Source: Eledone cirrhosa | Lineage: Eukaryota | DNA: 64,000 nucleotides | Assembly: GCA_964016885.1 (NCBI GenBank) | Contig: OZ024747.1 | Span: 71,486,001-71,550,000 of the forward strand | Reading direction: 5' to 3' | In this document: one piece after another, positions 13,880-25,261 of the stretch | Layout: each line of letters begins with the position of its first letter | How positions within the stretch are numbered: the first letter of the stretch is position 1 | The notes under the pieces: model-generated | Told to the model about the DNA's origin: nothing | Database searches by the model: none | What the model saw: the letters and a program-made list of their open reading frames with translations, nothing else | Translations under genes and position numbers: made by a program

Positions 13880-15960
13880 ACATACAACCATTAATGTCCG
13901 TAATACCAACTCTGTTGAGACAATGATGTATGAACTTGAGAAAGTAAACTGGGATATTATCGGACTAGCAGAGACTAAATCAAACGAAAACAAAATAAAG
14001 GTACACCAAGATACCGGATATTATTTATATGTCAAGCAATGTGACTCGTCGCATGAATGAAGTGGGTTTCTTGGTGAACAAAGATTGCGCATCATTAGTA
14101 CACAACTATTGACCTATATCAGACAGACTAGCTGTTCTGAGCTTGAAAAGTATGTTTTGTAAACTCGTACTTATCCAGTGCTACTTTCCCACATCTACAC
14201 ATCCAGATGAAGAAATCAATGAGTTATATGACAACATACAGGCCATTATAGATAAGACACCAAAGAGAGATCACCTCTTTCTGACGGGTAACTTTAACTG
14301 TAAAGTTCGCCAACTGAATCAACCATTCCCATCGAGTATTGGAAAATATACCACAGTTACAGTTAACTCGAGAGGCGAGCTTCTAGCCTAATTTTGTATG
14401 AAGAACAATATGCAGATCACCAACACAATATTTCAAAAGAAAAACCTGTTCACTAGGATATCGCCAGACAGTATAACTAAGAATCAAATGGACTTTATAA
14501 TAGCAAGAAAATCTTCAGCAAAATTAACCATATTAGACATCATTGTTCTTAACATTCCTGATATATCTGCCCATCGAATGCTGCGCACAAAGTTTCGTAT
14601 CAAATTTGTTTGGCCACAAAGAACTAAGATACTATTGAAAGTTAATTTAGACAAACTCTCATTTAACGAAACAGCAAGCCGATTCAAGCTCAAGTTGCAA
14701 AACCGCTTTTCAGCTTCTCAATCTGATGAAACTCCGACAAGATTTATGATACTATCTGCAGAAACATAAAAAAGGTATCTGAAGAAATTTTACCTAAGGA
14801 AACCTTTCCATCCTACAATGGATGTCACACAAATAAAGAAAGAAATATCTGAAAAACATCAGAAGAGAATGTGGTCACACATCAGCCCAATATAGAATAG
14901 TAAAGACTGAATCCAAAAATCTCGTTAAATCAGACAAACTTAAGCAAATGTACAACATTGAGGAGCTGAATAACCTACCAGTTATATCATGTTGTTCTGA
15001 AGAAACTAAAGACTAAACCATGAAATCTTAGCTGGGGCATTAAAGACTATCCTTACTTACAAAGATGATATCCTTGAACGCTGGGCTAAATTCGATGAGG
15101 AACTGTACTTAAAGCAACTCAGAACCAACAACCATTCATGATTCGACATCAGATGCCATTCCATCTATCTTAGCTAGCGATATCTCATGCCATCAAAAAT
15201 GTGAAGGGGGGAAAGAGCTCTGGACTGGACAACATATACTCAGAATTCATCAAAGCTGGAGGTGAACCAATTATTAAAGCACTCAACATCTTTTTAACTG
15301 TATTATCACTACAGGAAAAAAGCCCAGACACGTTCAAGAAAGCATTGATATCTGTACTCTACTAAAAAGGTAGCAGACTTGATTGTGGAAACTATCGTCC
15401 TATCAGCCTATTGAGTCACCTTTACAAGCTTTTCATGAGTGTCATTGCAGCACGAGTGAAGTCAGACCTTTACACTTCATTTCCTGAAACACAAGCTGCG
15501 TATCAACCTGGAAGAAACACCATTGAGCAGATCCTAGCTATTGAACAAATCAGTGAGAAATCAATAGAATTCAACAGCCCTGTGCACATCTTCGATACTT
15601 ACATCCTACCAGTTGTGTTATATGGTCTTGATTGAGTTAATTGGACGACAAGGTCATTTCAGAAGCTCTCTACATTCCAGAACCACATCATGAGACTGAT
15701 GACTGGCAAGCGGCTCAGTGACCGTATCTATATCAGTGAGCTGCTCAACATCACTTAGACCAATTACATCAATTGTCAGGTCAAGGGTGCTTAAACTGTA
15801 CGATCATATCAAAAGATCAACTCTTGGTGTGAGTAAGTTATGCCTAGAAGGAAAGTTGGCTGGTAAGACAAGCAGAGGTCGGCAGCCAAAACGGTGGCTT
15901 GACAATGTCAACTTATAGAATGAACTTGATCTTTGCTCTTTAAACTCTGCTGTTGGTGAT
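13880..15960 (+). mobile_element. Decayed RTE-clade LINE (AP endonuclease + RT), internally deleted
   Basis: APE motifs (WDIIGLAETK, IQCYFPT, GNFNCKV, NSRGELL, KNQMDFI); RT N-terminus (GLDNI, GNYRPISLLSHLYKLF, QAAYQPGRNTIEQI); RTE C-terminus (ILPVVLYG, LEGKLAGKTSRGRQPKRWLDNV); many stops and frameshifts. Confidence 0.88.
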
Positions 15961-16084
15961 CGAACTTTGTTGCAACTGGCGGAGTTTAGCGTCTGGATGA
16001 TGTATAAGCAGCTTTAGTTTTCTTGTATCATTACCGAGTAAATAAACGTCATTGGGATTAATGGTCCTGAAATACTATGTTAGA

Positions 16085-16300
16085 GGGCGGTAGATTGGCA
16101 GTATTGGTAGAGCATCCGACAACATGCTTTTTGGCATAGAGTTACTGCCCTTTAAGTTCTGAGTTCCAATACCGCCGAGGTTAGCTTTGCCTTACATCCC
16201 TACGGAGTCGATAAAATAAAGTACCAGTAACGCACTGTGGTCGATTTATTTGACTTTCTCCTCCCCAAAAATTGTTGGTCTTGTGCCTAAACCAGAAACT
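16085..16300 (+). mobile_element. tRNA-derived SINE, full length
   Basis: A box tggcagtattggtagagc, B box gagttccaatacc, core ctttgccttacatccctacggagtcgataaaataaagtaccag, tail cttgtgcctaaaccagaaac. Confidence 0.88.
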
Positions 16301-16455
16301 CTTATATTGTATATATGCTTCCATATACTCCTTTTTTCTGAATCGCGCTGTGTTAGTACTACTGTTAATTAAAATAGCTATGATTCACGTTGCATGCTTC
16401 TTTACATAACAATGTGAAGATTTTTATTGTTTTTTTAGTTCGATGATGTGGAGAA

Positions 16456-17142
16456 AATATACAGCACTCCGGTAATGTATGACATGTCTAATATAATAAC
16501 TTAATATACAGCACTCCGGTAATGTATGGTATGTCTAATATAATAAGTTAATATACAGCACTCCGGTAATGTATGGTATGTCTAATATAATAAGTTAATA
16601 TACAGCACTCCGGTAATGTATGACATGGTATGTCTAATATAATAAGTTAATATACAGCACTCCGGTAATGTATGACATGTCTAATATAATAAGTTAATAT
16701 ACAGCACTCCGGTAATGTATGGTATGTCTAATATAATAAGTTAATATACAGCACTCCGGTAATGTATGGTATGTCTAATATAATAAGTTAATATACAGCA
16801 CTCCGGTAATGTATCACATGGTATGTCTAATATAATAAGTTAATATACAGCACTCCGGTAATGTATGGTATGTCTAATATAATAAGTTAATATACAGCAC
16901 TCCGGTAATGTATGACATGTCTAATATAATAACTTAATATACAGCACTCCGGTAATGTATGGTATGTCTAATATAATAAGTTAATATACAGCACTCCGGT
17001 AATGTATGGTATGTCTAATATAATAAGTTAATATACAGCACTCCGGTAATGTATGACATGGTATGTCTAATATAATAAGTTAATATACAGCACTCCGGTA
17101 ATGTATGACATGGTATGTCTAATATAATAAGTTAAATATACA
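16456..17142. repeat. 47/52-bp minisatellite, ~14 copies
   Basis: Unit aatatacagcactccggtaatgtatg(acatg)gtatgtctaatataataagtt; starts at 16456, 16503, 16550, 16597, 16649... Confidence 0.95.
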
Positions 17143-18471
17143 TTTTGTAATAATCTAAATAATCAAATCTTATATAATTTGGCAGTTGCTACCAGTTGAT
17201 AGTATCAGCAGTGGAAAGACGAATGGAAACATTGCTACCTTGGTCTGATTTTACAAGTGAGATCTGGAATCTTGTCAATCGATAAGAAAGAATCGTCTTA
17301 GACATATATATGCTCTAACTTAAAGATATTTATGATACAACTCTCCAACAGATATTGGAGTCAAACTAATTTCTTTTCGTTCAATACGGTCGTCTTGTGC
17401 TTGGGCTAGGTGGTCGGTAGGTGTCAACTGGCTCTTTAGACGAAGATAAACTTATATTCCATAGTAATTTTATTATACATTTCTTGTATAAATATATTAC
17501 TGTCACTTCTTTTCTTGACATCAAAAGACTTAAAATACATAATAAAATTGGCATTGCTTGAACACAGGAAATGTTATGCTTTGAGTCTACCACAGAACCA
17601 TCGTCTCGGATAGAGACTGTATCTTGAATCATGGTTTGTCTTTATGGCTCCATGTTTCTAGTTTCTTTTTGCTTTGTTTTGTTGTTTTTGTTTGCTTTTT
17701 TGGTGTGTGGATAATGTATTAAGAATATATTGCTTTTATAATGAATATAATGTTTCAATGATATATTAAAAAAATATCTAAAGAGCAATGTAAATAATCT
17801 CTCGTGGTGTGATAAAGAACTGTACATCGTGTAAAATATCTCATTGCTATAAGAACTCTGACGTGTCTCTCTAGTGAACTGCAGAGTTTATAAAACCAAA
17901 TTATTAAACATGATACTGATGGGTGATACGAATAATGGCTAAAAACACCAATGGAAGGTCGGTCAACTGAATACAAGAGAAACAGTCTTTCAAAACGAAT
18001 ATATATAAGTGTTATTTGATATCAGATATCACACACTATTCCTGACCTATACACTGCAACCATCCATATACGACATATTTAATCAGATAACTGAAAAACT
18101 CTTAAATAAATTTCTGCTATGGCTTTTACGAAGAAAGTATATATATCCAGGGATGTACTTTTAAAGACAAGTTCATACATGTATTCCGACAAAATGTACG
18201 ATGCATGCTTTATAAAGAATGCCAAAATAATGATTTCTTACAAAATAATGCAAAAATAATACCACAAATGCAGGCCTGAAGTGAAAGGCATAAACTGATA
18301 ATTGGTGAATCAGTTTACACAGGAAACGTAAAACAGGATAACTGGACTGAGAAATATATCATGTATAGCGTTAGCTAAAACATTTGGGTTAACACATTCA
18401 CAACGCCTTTCTCTCACAGCATATCAATTGATACACACATATAAATATATACACACATATGTATGTATTTA

Positions 18472-18518
<47 letters not shown>

Positions 18519-19089
18519 ATATATATATATATGTATATGTGTGTGTGTGTGTGTATACATATATATATATATATGAGAGAGAGAGAGGGGGGGAATCTAC
18601 ATGCCTATTCATATACACATTTGGTACATATAGAGAGCGTTGGAATAATAGAATTGCTAGAGCATCGTAATATTTGATCCGTCTCGTTACATTCTGAGTT
18701 CAAATCTCACCAAAGGCAACTTTACGTTTCATACTGTAAGGGTTAATAAAAGTAAAATACTACCCACACACATGCATATATATATATATGTGTGTATGTA
18801 TGTATATATATATAATATATACATATATATACACATATATATATATATATATATATATACAGAAAGAGAGAGAGCTAAAAAGGGAAGAGCGGCAGACAGA
18901 CAAATAGAGCGTTGAATTCTGGGGGTCAATGAAAGCACGATTTAGTTAGATTGTCAGTGTTCGTGTGATAGACAGATAAAGATTAGTCTTTGATTAATAT
19001 TGATTTTCTTTTACTTGCATAATTATCGATAGCCTGTTTTTTTTTAATAGTTCCTGCACTAAATATGTTAAACATAAACTTCAGTGTTT

Positions 19090-19320
19090 GTTACCCTTGA
19101 CAACTAGCAAGACATTCGACTGTGTCTGGTACATAAATCTCATGGGTAAAGCTACCCACCGTCCACTCCGTCTCACTCTCATCTTTAAAATCGATGATTT
19201 CCTGTCAAATCACACCATTGTGGTATGTGTTGGTCGATCTCTCTCTCTCTCTCTCACTCACCCATACTCCATCACCTTTTTATTTTGTGTTCCAAGGTCC
19301 AAGGTCCTGTTTAGTTCTCA
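19090..19320 (+). mobile_element. Short decayed LINE RT fragment (Jockey/L2/CR1-like)
   Basis: SKTFDCVWY..L..K...IDDFLSNHTIVVCV... resembles the DxSKAFDxVWH...FLSxRT...GVPQG region. Confidence 0.55.
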
Positions 19321-19544
19321 AGTACGCGAGTAACATCCACTTGCAACTGAGACACCTCCCCTTAAATCTGCGTTGACTCCAACACCAACGACCTCGAAAA
19401 CATCTACCAATGTACTCCTAGATGAATTAGGCCTGTCAACAAAGCTCTTCTTTACAGCTCGAAAGTCTTTGATCGTAGATAGATTTCTGATCGATCAGGA
19501 ACAACTTATCGGTGTTTGTTATTATTGTTTCTTAACCTCAGGTT

Positions 19545-19637
<93 letters not shown>

Positions 19638-19719
19638 GTATTTCTGTAGAAAAGGTAAAGGAAAGAAGAGTGCTCTATGTACAATACAGAGATATTTAAT
19701 TACATAATAAACAACACAA

Positions 19720-19796
19720 TAGAATTATTTCATTACCAAAGGTTTCAGGAAACTAGACAATCCTAACAAAAACGTCCATCGGATGAAATAGTTATA
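19720..19796 (-). ncRNA. Degenerate hammerhead ribozyme copy (inverted partner of 19798-19870)
   Basis: Minus: tataactatttcat-CCGATGG-...tctagtttcct-GAAA-CC-TTT-GG-TA-atgaaataattcta; core mutated. Confidence 0.55.
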
Positions 19797-19797
19797 C

Positions 19798-19870
19798 TAT
19801 AACTATTTTATCTGATGAACGTACTGGACGTTTCTAGTTTCCTGAAACCTTTGGTAATGGAATAATTATA
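19798..19870 (+). ncRNA. Type I hammerhead ribozyme
   Basis: Stem I tataactattttat/atggaataattata (13 of 14 pair), CTGATGA 19812-19818, stem II with actgga-cgtt-tctagt, GAAA 19844-19847, stem III A-CC-ttt-GG-T, cleavage triplet GTA. Confidence 0.75.
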
Positions 19871-19884
19871 TTTTGGTGGTAATC

Positions 19885-20480
19885 GATATAGAAAGGAAGG
19901 TTGGGAGAGTGTGTTGTATATTAGATTTAGAGAGGGCGAGAGATTGATGTTTATTGATATAGAGAGGAGGATTGGAAGAGAGTTCCGTGTAGTAGATATA
20001 GAGAGGGGGAGAGTTTGGTGTTAATTAATATAGCGAGGGTGATTGGAAGAGAGTTCAGTGTAGTAGATATAGAGAGGAGGGGGGTGTTAATTGATAACGC
20101 GAGGGGGATTGGAAGAGAATGTTGTATGGTTGATGTAGAGAGGGGGAGTTTGGTGGTAATGAAGAGAGTGAGAGGATTGATAAAGATAGGTATTGACAGA
20201 TATAGAGAGGGAGAGAATTTGGTAGTAATGGATAGAGTGAGGGGGATTGAGATAGAGTGTTGTATGGTAGATATAGAGCGGGCATAGTTTGGTAGTAATT
20301 GATATAGAGAGGGGGATTGGAAGAGAGTTCCGTGCAGTAGATATAGAGAGGGGAGAGATTGGTGGTAATTGATATAGAGAGGGGGATTGGAAGAGAGTTC
20401 CGTGCAGTAGATATAGAAAGGGGGAGAGTTTGGTGTTGATTGATATAGAGAGGTGTATTGGAAGAGATTTCCGTGTAGTA
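19885..20480. repeat. Degenerate ~70-bp purine-rich tandem repeat, ~8 copies
   Basis: Unit approx. gatatagagagggggagagtttggtggtaattgatatagagagggggattggaagagagttccgtgcagta. Confidence 0.85.
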
Positions 20481-20768
20481 GTGTCTCCCTAAACTCCCAA
20501 AACACATCTATTTGGATATGCGCTACAATTTATGTACATGTTGTGTTTATCGCATATCGAAGTTTTCTTAACATTTTACAGTACAAAGAGCTAAGCTAAT
20601 CAGTACAACTAAATTCACCAAATGTTCCCACACCCCATTCAGAAATGCTTCCACCGCCCCTGTATATAAATATATATGTAGATAAATCTACCAAGAGTTT
20701 ACGGTAGTGTCCAATCCGTATGAAGAACTCAATGTAATCCGGATATCATGGAAAGAAGAGATGCAATG

Positions 20769-20932
20769 AAAAATCACTTTCTGAAGACGGCATATATATG
20801 TGTTTGGTATGTATATTTAATTTTGATAGTTTGTGTAATTTTGTATAATTTTGTACATAGATCTGTTGAATATGCATGCCAATTCTAACACATATATATC
20901 CTAGAAACGATCGTTAAATAATGAACTTTTTT
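20769..20932 (+). ncRNA. Hammerhead-like motif with very long stem II
   Basis: CTGAAGA 20781-20787; atatatatgtgtt pairs with aacacatatatat (20887-20899) and ttggtatgtatatttaa with ttgaatatgcatgccaa; GAAA 20904-20907 then palindrome CGATCG and TT; weak stem I. Confidence 0.55.
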
Positions 20933-20979
20933 TGTTTAATATAAGGAACTGTTTCATTGTTTTATTCATTATTTTTTTA

Positions 20980-21073
<94 letters not shown>

Positions 21074-21258
21074 AAGAATAAAGAATAACATGGTCGGCTG
21101 TACAAAAAGGGTTTATTTACAGTATTAACAATTGTTTCATTAATCAGGTGAGTACTCACAACCTTTAACTGTATTACCTTAAACGATACCTTGTTATCCT
21201 ATATATATATATATATACGTATATATATATATATATATACGTATATATATATACGTAT

Positions 21259-23677
21259 AAGCCATCCTCTCCTTCATCCACAACCTCAACCACAACCTCT
21301 TCTCGTTCCTCAGCTCCACCAAAGCCCGCAAGCTACACTCACTCCCCCCCCCCCCCCCCCCATCCACCACCACCCGCCCATCCCCATACGCCCACCTCTC
21401 CCCCGACCGCCACCCCCACCCAATCTCCACCCCTCACCACACCCTCCCTTCCCTCCCCTAACACCCAAACCCCACCCCTTGTTGTCACCATACCCCCTGA
21501 CCTCCCCCTCTCCGCACCTGAGCGCTCACTCCTTAGTAGAGGCCTTCGCTTCATACCCCACACTCCGCTCAGCGACGAGTTCCGCACCCGAACGGAAGTC
21601 GAGCGATTCGTGCGACTCACTAAGCTACAGGCACATTTCGGTCAAACGCCACCGGCTCCGGACGCGCCAGACCCGTTTCTCGCCCTGGGCCGACGACCAT
21701 CTTCTTGGACGCCGGCCCCAGGGCAATTTAGCACCCTGGACGCCTTCGTCGATGCCAGCCGTAGCGCAGTAAATCGTTTCGACTTCCGCCACCGTTTCAA
21801 ACGGCACAACATCTCACGGGGCGAACTCCTCGCTCTCCGCTCCCTCCGTAGCCGAGATGACATCGTCATCAAACCGGCGGACAAGGGAGGCGCCGTGGTG
21901 GTATGGCGCGCGGACCTCTACAAGGCCGAAGCCCTCAGGCAGCTCTGTAACCCCCTCTTTTACCGCCCTCTACCCTCCGATCCCACCCCCCTCTACCAAC
22001 AACAAGTCTCCTCCACCATCCAAGACCTTATCGCCTCCTCCCTCCTCCCCCCCACCGCTTCCCACCTCATCGTCCGCACACCCCGCACCCCCACCATCTA
22101 CTTCCTCCCCAAACTCCACAAACCCGACAACCCCGGCCGTCCCATCGTCTCCGCTTGCAACTGCCCCACCGAACTCATCTCCGCCTTTCTCGACTCCCTC
22201 CTCGCCCCCCTTGTCACCACCCTCCCCTCCCACATCTCTGACACCAACCACGCCCTGCGCCTTTTCGACTCCTTCACCTACCTACCCGGCCCTCAGCCAT
22301 TCCTCTTCACCCTAGACATCAAGTCCCTCTATACCGTCATCCCCCACGCCGACGGCCTTCGCGCCCTCAAACACTACCTCGACCTTCGCCCCTCCCCCAT
22401 TCCCTCCACCCCCACCCTCCTTCGCCTCGCCGAGCTGGTCCTCACCCTAAATTGTTTCTCCTTCTCGGGTGAGTTTTACCAACAGGTCACGGGGGTAGCC
22501 ATGGGCACAAGAATGGGCCCGAACTATGCCAACCTTTTTGTTGGCCATGTTGAGGCCCAAATCTTTGCCCAGTACACCGGCCCCACGCCCGAACTGTACG
22601 GTCGTTACATTGACGACTGTATCGGAGCCACGACCCTCACCCGAGTACAGCTCGACTCCTTTCTCTCCTTCTTCTGCTCCTTCCACCCCTCCCTCCACTT
22701 CACCACCTCTATCTCCACCACCCACGTCCACTTCTTGGACATCTCCGTCGCCTTCGACCCCTCCCACCACTCCCTCGTCACCTCCGCCTTCTTCAAACCC
22801 ACCGACTCCCACTCTTACCTCGACTTCACCTCTTCCCACCCCACCCACACTAAACTCTCCATTCCCTACTCCCAACTTCTCAGGATCCGCCGCCTCTGTA
22901 GCCGAGATGCTGACTTCGAGTCCCAAGCCCTTTCCCTAGTCAGCCATTTCATCCGCAGAGGTTACCCCCCCCTCTCTCGTCCACACCGCTCTCACCTGCG
23001 CCCGTGCTATCCCCCGCTCTACCACCCTCACCCCACGCCACCGCACACCCACCGTCTCCCCTTCCCCATCACCTACCACCCCTCCACCTTACCCCTCCAC
23101 CGCACCATCCGCCGCCTCTTCCGACACCTCCAGTCCGACCCCTCCACCTCCCACATCTTCCCAACCCCACCACTCCCCTCCTTCAAACGCGCACGCAATC
23201 TCCGCACCCTCCTCGTCCACAGCTCCCTACCCCCCAACCCACGCTCCGTTCCCCCCCCCCGGTTCCTTCCCCTGTTCTAGGCCCCGCTGCAACACCTGTC
23301 CCCACATCACCAACACCACCACCTTCCAGGGTCCCAACGGCCACCCTCTCTCGGTCCGGCATGCCTTCCGCTGCACCTCCTCCAACCTAGTCTACGGACT
23401 TCGTTGCACGAGGTGCAGCGCGACTTATGTCGGACAGACGGGACGCCGCCTGGCGGACCGAGTCACAGAGCACCTCCGGGACATTCGTCTCGGGGGCAGT
23501 TCCCCCATCGCCCGCCACTTTGGTGGCCCTGGACACTCCGCACACCATCTCACAGTCTGTGGCCTACTCCAGTGCCACGGAACACCCGCCCATCGCCTCA
23601 CGGTCGAACAACGTACTATCTTCCTCTTACAGACCCACACTCCCCCCGGCCTGAACTCCCCACCCTTATTCCTTTAG
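21259..23677 (+). pseudogene. PLE reverse transcriptase / GIY-YIG endonuclease ORF with frameshifts
   Basis: In-frame upstream of 21610: LSAPERSLLSRGLRFIP; then IKPADKGGAVVVW, YFLPKLHK, GRPIVS, TLDIKSLYT, GVAMGTRMGPNYANLF, RYIDD, FLD, KPTDSHSYL. After a shift at the C10 run (23251-23260): PCSRPRCNTC...NLVYGLRCTRCSATYVGQTGRRLADRVTEH...ARHF...E...GLN, stop at 23675-23677. Confidence 0.92.
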
Positions 23678-24153
23678 CGTTCGACCGCCCCCCTCCCCCA
23701 CTTATCCCCCACTAACACCACTAACACACCCCTCCTTTTCACCGCCCACCCCACACTAACAATACTAACACCTCCACTCCACCCCTCATCTAACCACCCT
23801 TCCCCAACTAACATACTAACATCCCTTCCCTCCCCTCTTCTCCTCCTCCCCCCTCCTTATCACACGCACACACTCACACCACCCACCCCACACGCAACTA
23901 ACATCACTAACACCCTCCAACCCCACGCACACGTACCCACACACCCTCGTACACCACCAACTCTACACACCCTACCCCCACTAACCCCCACTCACACCTG
24001 CATTCCACCCCTCCCCACCTCCCGTCTACTAACACCCACTAACACCTCCTCACCAAACTACACACACACCAGTACACCACACTCCCTCCATAGAACCACA
24101 CACACCCTTCTCTCCCCACTCCACACTCACTCATCCCACTAACACCCCTACTA

Positions 24154-24212
<59 letters not shown>

Positions 24213-25056
24213 CCTCACTCCAACTCTCACACCTACCCATTCTCGCCTCCCTACCATTCCGCTGACTGCTGCTATGCCCTTCCGACCACTGTCTCAGCAC
24301 CAACTGACCACAGCACTTCCACTGCTGACCACTTCCTGTTGCGCGCGCACCCCACATCTCTCCTCTTCCGACCACCGCTTCTTGGATTACCCACACGCGT
24401 TTTGACTTCCAACCAAAATCTCCATACATCCGTGTAACTTACCACTTTCAACCATCCTCTAACACCATCACCTATATAACTCACCCACACACACATCCCA
24501 AAACAAAAATTTTTTTTTTTTATCCACACGCCACCCACACCCACAACACGCTTAAACCACCACACACACGTGCTTCCCACCACATATTTACACCCTCAGC
24601 CCCCTGATTCCTCTCCCCCCACCCCCTATCCACACACGCACAGACCCTCCGACACACAAAAACACCCCCCACACACACCTTCCTGAACATGCAACCCCGT
24701 TCTTCCCCCAACCCTCACTTTCACATACACACACACACACACACACGCACACCTAACCACACACACCACCTTCAGCCCTCCCCGCTCGGACACCCCGTCT
24801 CCCTCTCCCCACTCCACCCGCCTCCACCTCTACTCACCCCACACCCTTCCACCACCTGTTTACCCCCCTTTTAATTTCAGTTTATTTTGATCATACCTTT
24901 ATTTTTAAATGTTCTCATTCCTTGTATTTTGATCATGCTTTATTTTTATTTATTATTTATTATATTTTTGTCTTTATTTGTTAATTTTTCATTCGCACCG
25001 TTTCCTTTCGCTATATGTCTCTCCACCACTCCCCTACACACCTTTTGAACTCTTAC

Positions 25057-25087
25057 CTGAAGAAGGGCTTATGCCCGAAACGTCGTC
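25057..25087 (+). ncRNA. Hammerhead-like core at Neptune PLE 3' end (no evident stem I)
   Basis: CTGAAGA-a-GGGC-ttat-GCCC-GAAA-CGtCG-TC. Confidence 0.55.
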
Positions 25088-25171
25088 CTCCACCTACCCC
25101 CCACTCTCCTGAGCGTGAATCTAATAAACATTTGTCGTACTGCCTCTCTGTTCTGTCCCTGTTCAATTTTT

Positions 25172-25209
<38 letters not shown>

Positions 25210-25261
25210 GTGTATATATATATACGTATATATATATACGTATATATATATATATATATAT

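Larger units (their letters stand above)
21259..25175 (+). mobile_element. Penelope-like element, Neptune-type, 5'-truncated, inserted in (TA)n
   Basis: RT + Cys linker + GIY-YIG ORF, 1.5-kb 3' UTR, hammerhead-like core and AATAAA near the 3' end, (TA)n on both sides. Confidence 0.9.

Noticed and set aside
16085-16180. tRNA gene (A and B boxes)
   Set aside because: No cloverleaf; it is the head of a multi-copy SINE.
16456-17142. CRISPR-like array
   Set aside because: Units are contiguous with no unique spacers, there are no cas genes, and the context is eukaryotic.
17381-17660. Possible host exons (EPVDTYRPPSPSTRR; SRYSLYPRRWF)
   Set aside because: Short, with weak splice signals, nearby stops and no recognisable family.
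21191-23715. Overlapping Pro/Ser-rich and antisense Gly-rich ORFs in the Neptune element
   Set aside because: By-products of extreme C-skew (few stop codons); only the RT/GIY-YIG frames carry conserved motifs.
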